Positions 34,301 to 44,119 of a stretch of DNA of 64,000 nt are shown one piece after another. The notes under the pieces were generated by a model, which had not been told where the DNA came from, made no database searches, and was given only the letters and a program-made list of their open reading frames with translations. Position 1 is the stretch's first letter; the number at the start of each line of letters is the position of its first letter. This stretch comes from Epithemia pelagica (taxonomy: Eukaryota > Protista > Bacillariophyta): contig OX337233.1 of NCBI GenBank assembly GCA_946965045.2, forward strand, positions 558,001 through 622,000. The letters are read 5' to 3'. A program made the position numbers and the translations under genes.

Positions 34301-34601
34301 ACTCTTGCTCCACCTTCTTTTGATGGAATGACGTCTGTGAGTGTCGTTGGACGTATTTCCACTGGGCAATGTACCCCGAAGACTTCCCAGTCCTCTCTTG
34401 ACTTTGGATACAAAGTCGACAACAAAAGAAATTGGTCGACGAAACCCGGCAATTGGCAATGGAATTGGAACAAGAACCTTCATAAAGATATGTCTCCATA
34501 CCGGGAGGAGATGTTTTGACTGGGAGACAGACAACTTCCATGGAGCATTCCCTACAAAGAACGGTGATCGATCGGCTTTCATTGGGTTGGTCATTACTCA
34601 T
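31386..34601 (-). CDS. EnSpm/CACTA-type (Transposase_21/Tnp2-like) DDE transposase, about 1071 aa
   Basis: WRDDFDP...QVW, ELDTLSSTGLRLY, LLISVDRPE, HNG, PMHMLFLG, GPAILHWEGGWEGERK; N-terminal CxxC...H...H zinc-finger-like segment. First ATG 34601 (ORF track starts at TTG 34664). Confidence 0.85.
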   Translation of the reverse strand: MSNDQPNESRSITVLCRECSMEVVCLPVKTSPPGMETYLYEGSCSNSIANCRVSSTNFFCCRLCIQSQERTGKSSGYIAQWKYVQRHSQTSFHQKKVEQESIHQSSPPVDDQNGLDCFDSDQMSQISSPQPILDATDQIPTEMELFQMGFDRKSTTPKYLIQEAKEKGSGIRWLTANAFGLSSAQVSTEESIFCLKISSLLVQLTEQQKKIFAEILTTAGNSGHSQLSIFQNIRLPSTNEDFDRFFLTGKNAILPNLPHPIPKTTPDGSHSYVSLYDLLANEIGKATEYDDFDFMAKLQIAPDNAVPSVSSTQCAKSLLFSMKEEQKRSGNGSDQFTLYLWLREWRDDFDPNNTKSSRNQVWCNTYTLCPPHQSTNVRGSTTYYIGLSSKGEDHNKIEEIMIEELDTLSSTGLRLYHGGLKKVIHVMVGKLLISVDRPERTTIFRIGDHNGSYSAFWGYATNVDGTCQINHLPSCTECKKRRLQRLQCGFQVDNTARDICESCSDWRIEDPNFVFVAPADYPQVYDQSPNAPKPPILRDLWHRIEDIPVSETDPSSEVTDDVVTVVDSSNDVVGQVRKKRRKKSRKKPTKRILLRSVKLTVSWLKQAVLFACHNVTHQTIQSDGSRKKFWTKGNFNAFLKTCALTNRMIESIYQQCTTSEGDICFPTSWKEIGALAKCHFAPMHMLFLGHAKSNLEMVSKWLGKYNRLAPFGKQVNKVLEGIRSLRATKFFCAQPLSTSSWGTGVWVSENYLLGARIWRFLMSLPSICDSRWFRTPGYKDEWRSLSRFITSMAMCLGRIMTNCKTIGNLEDYIHLYMDHMAEVDLILFESDRQKKNPNFTKSNSLGILSCATAHSEMGPAILHWEGGWEGERKIQQVKPLLSIKRSTADWTTITMRKLYQYDTLQWMLNQADASKEKSRMNRESDSMIRIFKSRSEMEDHLSENGILCGVLGRDNNAYIAYRPIGEETGNTRRLVKLCRLRFQDEIGEWTQTMCWVAPVLGTSETRLFQSVAEMKKDFVQEVLLLIPLTSSTTGNFINSYYTVGNLWRERWNDGSYRLVPIEAITNNVDYS

Positions 34602-35201
34602 TGCACTATAGCGATGGAACAGGGTGGGGACAAAGGAAATCCTGCAATGGCGAATCACTGTCAATGAATGTACTTCTGAGATCTTTTGGATGTCTCGTCG
34701 TTCATTGTCGGTATTATGAGTTTAATATCTCGGAACCACAATCCCCCACACGACGCGATGACTCTCATCCCCCAAAACGATATGTGACATGATTGATACT
34801 TATTACTTTCATCTCACGGTATCCAAAATCATGTCTGATAGGTACTCAAAATTTGAAAATACATAGGCATATGGCTTAGTTCATTAACAGACGGTACTCT
34901 GATTCAGGATACGGTAATCGACCAATTAACTAAAGTGACATACTTTAGTCTCGTGAAACAATGGTACTTAGACAGCCAAGTACCGTTCGTGACTCTGAGA
35001 AACCGTTGCTCGTTCTTTGTTTCGAATGAAAATCAAACACGATGGTATGTGGTTCTCGTCCTTTTTTCTGTGCGGCATGTGTGATGTTCTTGATTCTTTG
35101 GCAACACCCTTTTTTCAACTTCGTCTCATTGCCATGGACGTATCGCTTTGATTCGAAATATACCATCCGCATTACAAAAGCTAGGTTTGCCAATTGATAG
35201 T

Positions 35202-38075
35202 ATGGTAAGTTGGATGCATATCCTTAGGTTATAGTGGTATTGTCGAAAGACTCAACGAATGTTTCTGTATTTTCTGTGCAGTCTCTTATTTCTCATATCA
35301 ATGGAGGTGTGTCATCTCTTAATCGTCAGACAGAGGCAACGAGTATTCCATTGAATAACGCCATACCACAAGACAGTACCGGCAATCAACTTGGTAATCA
35401 AGAAGCAAGACAAACTGAACCTAATCCTATTCGCAATATGGAGACTCCGAATGTCCAAGATTCACACACGTCGACAGGATCAACTTCCCCACGTGTATTG
35501 TTGGAATATCCAAGAAATTTTTTCCATCAGGAGACAGGTGTGGGTCCATCAACTTCGGAAGAAGCAGCACTGTTGTGGATATACAGGAAAGGAAGGCGAA
35601 CTGACGGATTGGCCGATACTGAACCTCCAGATGGAAACTTAATGCTGCAAGAAATAAAAGAAATCAGAGACAGTCTCCGTGCGCATATACAGAGAACTTA
35701 TGAAAATGGTCTTCGTGATCGTGCAAAAGAGTTGGATATCCAGATGCCCGGAAAAGCAGCTTTTCCGGTGCACTTGTCTGATTTCCGCAAAATTCTAAAT
35801 GAACTTCCATGTACTTTGGCTAATCAACGAATGGTTTTTGAGTTGGTACTGCAGTTTCACAAGGATCGACATTGGTTGGCCCATGCTATTGATCGGTGGT
35901 TTGACAAAGAAGGAATGACATTGGCCCCGCTGCATAAGCCAAAGTTTGTGAACGGAAAAAGAACCCGCATCTGCCCAACGGATAGAGGTGGCTTCTCGGC
36001 GGTTGCAAGATCTGCAAAATCTGCCATTGTTGGAGGGCTTATGGCTCCAATGTTGCGTAATGCTGGATGGAGTGTTTCCTTGACGAAAAATCAAGGAAAG
36101 AAGCACAATTATGAGACAAAGGTACAATACAACCAGTCGCAGTCGTTCTACGTGGTCACCCAAGAAAAAAAGGTACGTCGTCAGAATTGGGATTCTATAC
36201 GTTATTCCAAGAATGCTATGCCTAATTTGTTGTATGTCTGTCAAGGAAACAAACACGGACTCGAATGTAATCGAAGTCGATAGTGCTACGCCCGATTTTG
36301 AACGGGCCAGTCAAATTTTTACGGAAACGATTGGAGTACGAATTGACGAAGCGTGCGTTAGAAAGTTGTGGGCGAGTTGCTTTGTCCCGAAGCAACTGAA
36401 TGCTATCAAAGTAAATATGACGGGCAAAGAGTTAGTCGTTCAACGTAATCCGGCCGAAATATCGGATCTTACTGAAAAAGGAAACGAAGAATCAGGGGAT
36501 GTATCCCGCATTCCAGTACGGCATCCAATTCAAGATGATCGAGCAACGAGGGTAATCAGGAGTGAGAATGTCAATAAGGAAACACAACTTATTGAAATGG
36601 CTCGTAAAAATTCGACGCCAGAGGAGATAAGTCCTTCGAATGGCGGGGCGATTTCAACAAACGCAGCGATTTCAACAAACGCATCAGTTCCATTGGGTGT
36701 GGCTGCCTGTGAGATAGAGGAAAATCACAATGAGGAGATAGCCGAGCACGAGTCAATTGATTCAGAGAGTATAGATGTGTCACAACCTTTGTTCGAAGAC
36801 GTAGCAAATGCAATCAACAGAGATAACACAGTTGCCATGCAGAAGATGTCGGAAACACGTAAGGACTTTGAGCAAGAATCAGATGATTCGATTGTTATGG
36901 CAATGGGAACGACAGATGGTCATGCCGGTAAAGACAGAGAGAGGAATTCTGATACACAAGATAATACAAATCTTTCGAAGACAGCTCGATCTAATGGTAA
37001 AAATGTACAAGATCAAGAATCGTTGGTTACGCAGGTACAGGAGAGCGGGGATTGTGCTCTAACGACACAAAACAGAAACAGCCAGGGGCAAACAACACTC
37101 CTTTCGAAAGAAGTACAGGAGAGCGGGGGTTGTGCTCTAACGACACAAAACAGAAACAGCCAGGGGCAAACAACACTCCTTTCGAAAGAGAGTGCCCATA
37201 GACAGGATTCACTGGATACGCAGAAGAATGAGAGCAGTGACGTTGCTCTACGGAATAAAAAGGAAAAAAATCAGGTACTGGCCATGCTCGTGGATGGGCA
37301 ATCTCAGTTAGATGAAAGATTGAACACTGTTCTTCCGTTGGAACATGAAAATGTCCAGGAACAAACAAGAACCGAGAATACTCGCGACTCGTCGAAAGGT
37401 GCAAGAGAGGTAGACGTGGGCAAGGTGCGTATATTGTGACAAGGTTTTCTTTGTTTGTGAACAATCGTGGTGAACTGATCTTTGGTGTGTTTGGTAGCAG
37501 GGCAAAAGTTCCCCTCCAAAAAAGAGAAAGGTACGGTTGTATTTTTGTCTTTGTTGAGAGAATGAATCAGTTCTCTCATTATAGTTTCTTCTTTGTGTGA
37601 AAACTTCTGAGTACAGGGTACGGATTGTGAACAGAGAAAACGACAGTCCACTAAACGACCCTCCCCACCGAAACGAGTCTCCCCACGGAAACAAGCCAAG
37701 AAGCATCAGTGTGCAGGAAGTCCGAAAGAGGGAGAGCAATGTGTACAATGTCCAAAAGAAAATCATGATCTGGGCCTTCTGATTCGGCAAGACACGTCGA
37801 CATATTTCAAAGAAGACTATTACAATCGAAATACAAATTGGCCGTCGACATGTGTAAAATGTAACCAAAGGTTCGGAGGCCTTGGTAAAAAGGTAAATCA
37901 AACAAATCCGGTAATGGCTTGCAAAAACGCATGTGTGACGGGTCATCCATGTAAACATGCATATTGTAACGAATGTTACGTGAATTTGATGAGAGAGAAA
38001 ATGAAACAAGACGACATGGAAGCAGGAGCAGGTACGAGATCAATGAGGACACGTAATAAATCAAGAGTGGTATGA
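35202..38075 (+). CDS. Multi-exon transposon gene ending in a PHD/ADD-like Cys/His zinc finger
   Basis: Phase-0 GT-AG introns 36173-36245, 37425-37500 and 37531-37616 join the frames; last exon 37617-38075 encodes CVQC...H...CVKC...CKNAC...HPCKHAYCNEC. The 5' end is uncertain (ATG 35202 plus intron 35205-35281, or ATG 35438). Confidence 0.72.
37035..37190 (+). repeat. 78-bp (26-aa) in-frame tandem duplication
   Basis: VQESG(D/G)CALTTQNRNSQGQTTLLSKE x2, starting at 37035 and 37113. Confidence 0.9.
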
Positions 38076-38586
38076 GGAAAAAGGTGTGGCGTGATGGTAT
38101 AAAGAGATATATGAGAGTTGGTACTACCAAATATAAATTTGTAATAGTTCTTTCGTCAACCTCTCCTCTTTGTGGTGTGTCTGTCTCTATGTATAAATAT
38201 ATAGATCTCGTCTCTCTCTCCATCTCTCATGTCCCGCGACGATCCATATCACACAAAAACGATGTGGTAACTGAATAGTTTAACAGAATAAAGAGTTCAA
38301 TATAATCGGTTGATTGCTTCGATTAATATTAACCGGTTAGATGATGCCTCTGATGACTGACTAATAATGAGAGGTGACAGATTAAATATCTTATCGACTG
38401 AATAGCTTGAGCAGTTAGGCGTTCCGGGTTAACTGATTATATTTTACTTACCGATTATTAACTGGATTGGTGATTTTCTGTCAGAATAAGAGAATATGGT
38501 TAACCGAATGAGGTTTGGGGGGCTGGTTTTTATAAAGAGTTTTAAACTGTCACTATTGACTGTATAAGTTAAACTGTTGGTAAACG

Positions 38587-38607
38587 GTTTGGAAATGACT
38601 TGCAGTG
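38587..38607 (-). repeat. Right TIR
   Basis: gtttggaaatgacttgcagtg, reverse complement of the left end. Confidence 0.93.
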
Positions 38608-38970
38608 TAACCGAAGAGACACGGTGCGAGGATCAAAAGCGTCGGACGATGAACATGTGGGATCCCAAACGTTGGTGGATACATGAAACACACTGTGTCT
38701 CAACGAAGCTCAACGGTTCGTGGAGTTACTGCGTAGGCGATTGTGAATGAGTGCTTCACGTCAAAAGTTGACGAGATGGCTAGGTAGCAATGTTGCGTTC
38801 TTCGAATGTGGGATCCAAAAAATGTAGGTGGATATTTGACACGGTTCGTGGAGACACTACGCCGGAATGAGAGCTTTGCATCAAAAGCTGATATGCCAAA
38901 GCAATGTTTCACATCACAGCAGATCATTTTCTTCGACACACTTTCTTTTGTTTCCGATCATCAAAGGAAG

Positions 38971-40746
38971 ATGCAAGAACAAGCAAGATTGTCCAATCTT
39001 GCCTTTCCTGACACCAACAAAGATGAAATGCCACAATGGAAGTCCGACTCATGGCCGCCGCTTTTGGGTGGATGGCGTCGGTATCATGCATCGGTTGTTG
39101 TGAATGAAGAGAAAAAGGGACAACAGACAGTCGTTGTCATTGGAGGACAAAAAGCAGAGTTGCTCGTCACAAATTCGGTGTTGTTGATGGATTTGGAAAG
39201 GTGGCGAAAAGGTCCAAGCTTGAATCAACATCGTGGTGGACTTGCAGCAGTGGTTTGTAATGGCTCTGTGTACGCAATGGGGGGACGCTGCGATGGCCAA
39301 CTTCTGGATTCAATCGAGCGGATTGATCTTTTGGATTTGTTGAAATCACCATGTGCTACCAACAACAAGACGCATTGGAAGACATTGACTTGTACATTGT
39401 CCACTCCAAGAGACGGATCTCAAGCTGCTGTGGTACATAATCGTTTTATTGTGGTCGTCGGTGGAGATAATTACAGCTTCCTGTCGTCGACTGATATTAT
39501 TGATACCACAGGACAAAATCAACACATTGTCATTCCAGGCCCTTCCATGACGGTTCCTCGATATTTGTGTGGAATGGCTGTTGTTGACCATCGCATCTTT
39601 GTCATTGGTGGGATGAAGCAAGGTTCCAAATTAAACTCTGTCGAATACCTAGACTTCAGTGAAGTTTCTCATGACAACAATGAGGATGTGCATTTCAGCT
39701 TTCCCTCATCGTTTCAATGGAATGTCCACAAGGATCTGGTCCTTTCTGTTCCTCGGTATGCACACGCTGTTGCGAAAGTCGGGACGTGTCTCATTGTGAC
39801 AGGAGGTGATTCCGAGAAAACTTTGAAGTCAGTTGAAGTATTGGACACGAAGCGCAACGTGGTGTTCAACTTACCTGATATGATCGTGGAGCGGAAGGCT
39901 CATAGTGCGGTTTCATTTTTGGACCGAATTGTGGTCATTGGAGGCACGAAGAAGACATGTGAGTCGCTTGCATCGATTGACATGAAGGAAAACACCAAGG
40001 TACGATCTTGTTATCACAAGCCACTGAAGGAACCGCTTTCCTACATTCTCACAACCGTTTCGTGCTGTTTCTTCGCGCAGAGTCTCCAGAACAGGTATTC
40101 GTGTCGTGCTGAGCTCGACATGGAACTTGAAAAAATGAAGAGTAAGATTCAACTTGCAAATAGGCATCGCAGCAATGTCAAGGCGCTGCAAGAGGCCATT
40201 GAGGCGGAATCCTTGCTGCCTCTGATGGAATGGCTTCGTAACCACGACGACAAGTTCCGCTCTGTACATGAACTTCGAGCAGGTATTGACGAACTGAAAG
40301 GGAAATTGAGAGATATAGATAGTTTTATGGGGTGCCTACCAATTGCACGCAAGATTGAAAAACTACGACAGCTTGTCGACTGGAATGAGAGTTTTGGTGA
40401 TCAAAAGAACCTTACTGAACAAGAAGCAGAGCTTGAGGTTGAAGCCGGTTCAGTGACAGGAAAGGAAACACTGCTGGTGTCGGAACGTACCACTCGTGAG
40501 TTTGTCGACTTGAATGTCAGTTTTGGTGATGAAAAGAACCTTGCTGGTCAGAAAGCAGAAGATGAGTTCGAATTCGTATCGGTGACCGGAAACGAAACAC
40601 TACAAGTGTCCCGTCATTCGACTGATGATCTCTCGAATGTTTCTTATAACCCGGAAGAACGACTGATGAAACTGGAAGACATGATGGTTCAACTTTCTGA
40701 TCGGTTCGGTGTGCTTGAGAATCTAGTGCTCTCGAAGAAGAACTAG
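38971..40746 (+). CDS. Kelch + coiled-coil protein K6; probable intron 40000-40080 (81 nt, stop-free)
   Basis: Continuous ORF, six blades, two 43-aa tail repeats. Confidence 0.88.
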   Translation: MQEQARLSNLAFPDTNKDEMPQWKSDSWPPLLGGWRRYHASVVVNEEKKGQQTVVVIGGQKAELLVTNSVLLMDLERWRKGPSLNQHRGGLAAVVCNGSVYAMGGRCDGQLLDSIERIDLLDLLKSPCATNNKTHWKTLTCTLSTPRDGSQAAVVHNRFIVVVGGDNYSFLSSTDIIDTTGQNQHIVIPGPSMTVPRYLCGMAVVDHRIFVIGGMKQGSKLNSVEYLDFSEVSHDNNEDVHFSFPSSFQWNVHKDLVLSVPRYAHAVAKVGTCLIVTGGDSEKTLKSVEVLDTKRNVVFNLPDMIVERKAHSAVSFLDRIVVIGGTKKTCESLASIDMKENTKVRSCYHKPLKEPLSYILTTVSCCFFAQSLQNRYSCRAELDMELEKMKSKIQLANRHRSNVKALQEAIEAESLLPLMEWLRNHDDKFRSVHELRAGIDELKGKLRDIDSFMGCLPIARKIEKLRQLVDWNESFGDQKNLTEQEAELEVEAGSVTGKETLLVSERTTREFVDLNVSFGDEKNLAGQKAEDEFEFVSVTGNETLQVSRHSTDDLSNVSYNPEERLMKLEDMMVQLSDRFGVLENLVLSKKN

Positions 40747-41155
40747 ATCCATTTGCCATTTCGTGACGGCGAACCAGGTCCATTGTGTCATGTTTGTGAT
40801 CATTTAGCATTACGACCACATATTACGTCTTCCTAGTATAAAGTGATGAAATGTCCAACTCTTGTGTGTTGTTTGAAATAACAACAAGGATTGCTGTGTC
40901 GTATTTACCTCAAAATGGAGGTGGAGTACTTTAAGATACAGAGTCGGAACACCTCTCGTCTCCGTGGCCGGATTTCGATCATTATGTGTGTGTTGGTGGT
41001 TCTCCGGTGGAACAATAGAAGGTACAGAGTTGCAACACCTCGTCTCACGTGGGCGGTATTCGATGATATAGGTGTGTGTTGGTGGTGGTTCTCTCGGATA
41101 CTTCATAGAGAAACATCAACGTTTTCAGTGTGTGGCCGTTAGCAACAAAGATCGT

Positions 41156-42731
41156 TTACCACACTTTCCACCACGGACGGCTATATGCGGTGTGTCGTTG
41201 GTAGTATTGTTGTTGTTCGAAACAGGTGTTGTTGCTGTCGTCGTCGTCGTCGTCGTTACTTTGTCGATGGTTTCATCCTGGTCCTTGCTCTCAAGACGAT
41301 TCGTGCCGTCATCGTCCTTTTGGTGGTGGTTGTCCGTGGAGTGGGTGCTGCTGCTGCTACTACTGCGGGGTTGTAGTGCTTCGCCGGTGGAAGATGGCGT
41401 TGGCATGGTCGTCGTCGTCGTCAGGTTACTGCTCTTTTTCTCGTCCTCCTCCATGGGCGAGGAGGAAAGTGATAGGGACCCAAGAATGGAGGACAGCGTT
41501 GTTTGGTCTTCAGGTATCATGGATTGAAGACGACTCTTGCCTTGCTTCCACATGTCTTGCATCCACCCGGAGGGTTGTGTGCCTTGTTCTTGTTCCAATT
41601 GTTTCTTTTTTTCGTTCACGATACTTGACTTGTTCGGCCTTGGCAAGGCCAGGAGCCATTGATCGCGTTCCTCAAGGGCTTGTTGTTGTTCTTCCACTTG
41701 ACCCCCTCCAGTGGTGGGAATGACCATGGGTGTATTTGTATTGGTGGTTGTATTTGCACTCCGAATAGGAGTACTTCGATTATGGTCGTCGTCGGCAAAC
41801 GGATCTCCACCTGGTATCACTTGTGTCGTTGTTGTCGTTGAGGATGGAGAATGTGGTTGTGGCGAGGTTTGTGGATGTTGTCGTCGTTGTCGTTGTTCTT
41901 GATGGGCCAATCGTTCTTCCAAGGCTTGAATGCGTTGCAACAAGACGGACAGGGAAGGAGATAGGTGGAGTGCGTCGTCCTGATTCTTGTCGTCGTCGTC
42001 TGGAGGTGCCGTTGCTGCGGGTGGTGATTGGTTGGAATTGGGTGTGCTTGTAGGAACAGTAGTAGTGGATGCATCGTGGTTGGATGTTGTTGTTGTTGCC
42101 GCAAGGCCTGGTGGCTGTTGAAGTTGCGCTGGTTGTGGATTCTTCTCCTCATTGGGTTCTTCATCTCGTTGGAGAAACATGGGGGAAGGTCCTGCAAACA
42201 AAAACGATGTGTTGCTGCTCTTGTTCTTGTTGTGATTGGGATCCAACGAGGCTGGAAATCGTGCCATGGACCATAAATTCATACAGTTCGCGAACCGCCG
42301 TTTCCAATTGCTGCCACAGGGAAAGTCCAAATCGCTCTTGACAAAACAAGTCGTGTTGTTCCAAGGCGTGTTCTTGTGTGAGGGAGCCTTGTTGGACCAT
42401 CTCTTGCAATTCGAGCAAGGCGCAATCCTCAAAATGGATTGACGGACCCATTGCATCCGACTGTAAGCCGTATCCAATCTTTGTTGGACCATGCCAGATT
42501 TTTCTCTCGCACGATATTGGCCTTGCAACATGAGATTGCGCACCCACCACGATGAGGACAAGGAATTCGCAATCGTTGTCGAGATGTTTCATGCTTGCCT
42601 CGGTCGTTGTCTTATTGTTGCTGCTGCTGGTGGTACATGACGTTGGCTTAGACGATTACTTTGGCATAACCAACGAGTCTTCGTTCATGTGATGGTGGCA
42701 AGGACGACGACGACATCGTCCAGAGTGACAT
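41156..42731 (-). pseudogene. Near-complete RRPWWKVW family gene P3 (shared N-terminal domain, Q/T-rich region, coiled coils), frameshifted
   Basis: Start atgtcactctggacg at 42731; QGSLTQEHALEQHDLFCQERFG; LLQRIQALEERLAHQEQ; final exon shifted one base before PWWKVW. Confidence 0.75.
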
Positions 42732-43043
42732 GGTTATCCCAAAGAAGAGAAAGGATCATTGAAACGACGACTTTTGGTCAATCGCACCATGGTATAAGTG
42801 TGATGGATGATGGATTGTGATCTTGGATCTTCCGTCTGTCCATCTGTCGCACTTTTGGTCATGATGATAGAGAGGATCTTCCGTCTGTCCATCTGTCTAC
42901 TGATTAGTCGCGTTGAGGTCGCTTCAAGGGAAGATACCAAGAGCGAAGCGATCCAAAATCATATATGTCGAAACAGAGAGAGAAATGAGAGAGATGGAAC
43001 GATTGTTAATCAAGACAAGAAGTGTGCGTGTCTCTGGTTTGTC

Positions 43044-43118
43044 GAGAGAGAGAGAGAGAGATTCCAGCATGAGAGAGGGAGAGAGAAGGAGAGAGAGAGA
43101 GAGAGAGAGGGAGAAGAG
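43044..43118. repeat. (GA)n-rich microsatellite
   Basis: Read directly; lies between divergently oriented genes. Confidence 0.9.
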
Positions 43119-43249
43119 AAAGTCGGAGCAGAATAGTAGCCGAAGCATGCTCCATGCTCACCCGAATCTACACGTCGCTCGTCATCATGGTACTATTGGT
43201 AGCAGTACAACTACCAAATGTCTTGCCCATATAGTTTCACAGTACACTG

Positions 43250-43950
43250 ACATGGCATCCCCCTTTTGCACGAGTCCCAACAGCATACATTCCCAACGAC
43301 ACGACGTTCTTAGAATCCCAACGACGACGACGACGACCATAATGAGCTCGACGTTTATGTTGCCATGCTCCAATACAAGCTTCGTCTCCTGTCGACAACA
43401 ACAATACGTTAGAGGAGGATGAAAATGCATGTGATTATATTCTTCAATGGAGGGGGATGAAAATCAATGTCATTATATTCTTCAACAACACAAGCACCAG
43501 CATGTTCCTCCACAGCACTGTCCAAAGAAATGTATGCATGGCGGCATAACGTGCTGTCTAGATTCTCAACACCAAAAGTGGGACGTTCCATCCGGCGGTG
43601 AAACCAATCATGTGCGTGTTATTCCGCAGATGTGGGCCCATGGACAGTGGGAGGCTCTGGATCCATAATATGATACACCTCAGAAGCACGGTATATATAG
43701 TATGGCATCCAAAACAAAAGGTTCCTCCTCTCTCTCGTTTCCCTCGAGACGCCAAACAAAACAAATGCAGTCCGCTTGGCGTCACAGAGAGTTTGTCTTT
43801 GGAACAGGTGGAGATTGTTGGCAGACCCCTTGTCTCTCAACTATACCTTTATATAATAGATGGACAACACGCATACTATCTGAACTTGGGAGTATGGATA
43901 GCAAGCATTGGATACTGAGCACGTGGGATCCCAAAAATTGGGGAATCTAT
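43250..43950 (+). pseudogene. Degenerate gene of unknown function, 5' part paralogous to 48310-48560
   Basis: Shared ctacacgtcgctcgtcat, cgacgttt.tgttgccat.ctcc and tcctgtcgacaacaa blocks; only fragmented ORFs. Confidence 0.4.
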
Positions 43951-44119
43951 AACCAATGAATGTGTCAACGAAGCTAAACGGGTCGTGAAATGGCTGTGCT
44001 GGCGATCTTAGAAAAAGTGCTTCTCATCAAAAGCTGACATGCGGAGCAATGTTTCACATCAAAAACTGAATTATCCACACCATTGGCTTTGACATCTTGT
44101 GTTCCCATATCCAAGGACC

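Larger units (their letters stand above)
27690..38607. mobile_element. 10,918-bp EnSpm/CACTA (CMC)-like DNA transposon with four genes
   Basis: Perfect 16-bp TIR CACTGCAAGTCATTTC; TA duplicated (27688-27689 and 38608-38609); empty paralogous site gagagcgTAaccgaagagac at about 62280-62299; internal transposase; subterminal TAACCGAWT repeats. Confidence 0.93.

Noticed and set aside
27690-38607. Tc1/mariner, Polinton/Maverick, Starship or endogenous giant-virus identity for the 10.9-kb element
   Set aside because: Despite the TA target, the transposase has EnSpm/Tnp2-type motifs rather than a compact DD34D/E domain. No PolB, retroviral-type integrase, capsid, packaging ATPase or tyrosine recombinase motifs were seen.
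38700-38939. Minus-strand 'FDVKH/FDAKL' repeat ORFs upstream of Kelch genes as a peptide family
   Set aside because: Frames and stops differ between copies; they are translations of the repeated CATCAAAAGYTGA motif.
40930-41070. tRNA or SINE B-box in the duplicated 3' spacer motif (GATCGAATTCCGCC on the minus strand)
   Set aside because: No complementary T-stem, acceptor stem or A-box could be built.
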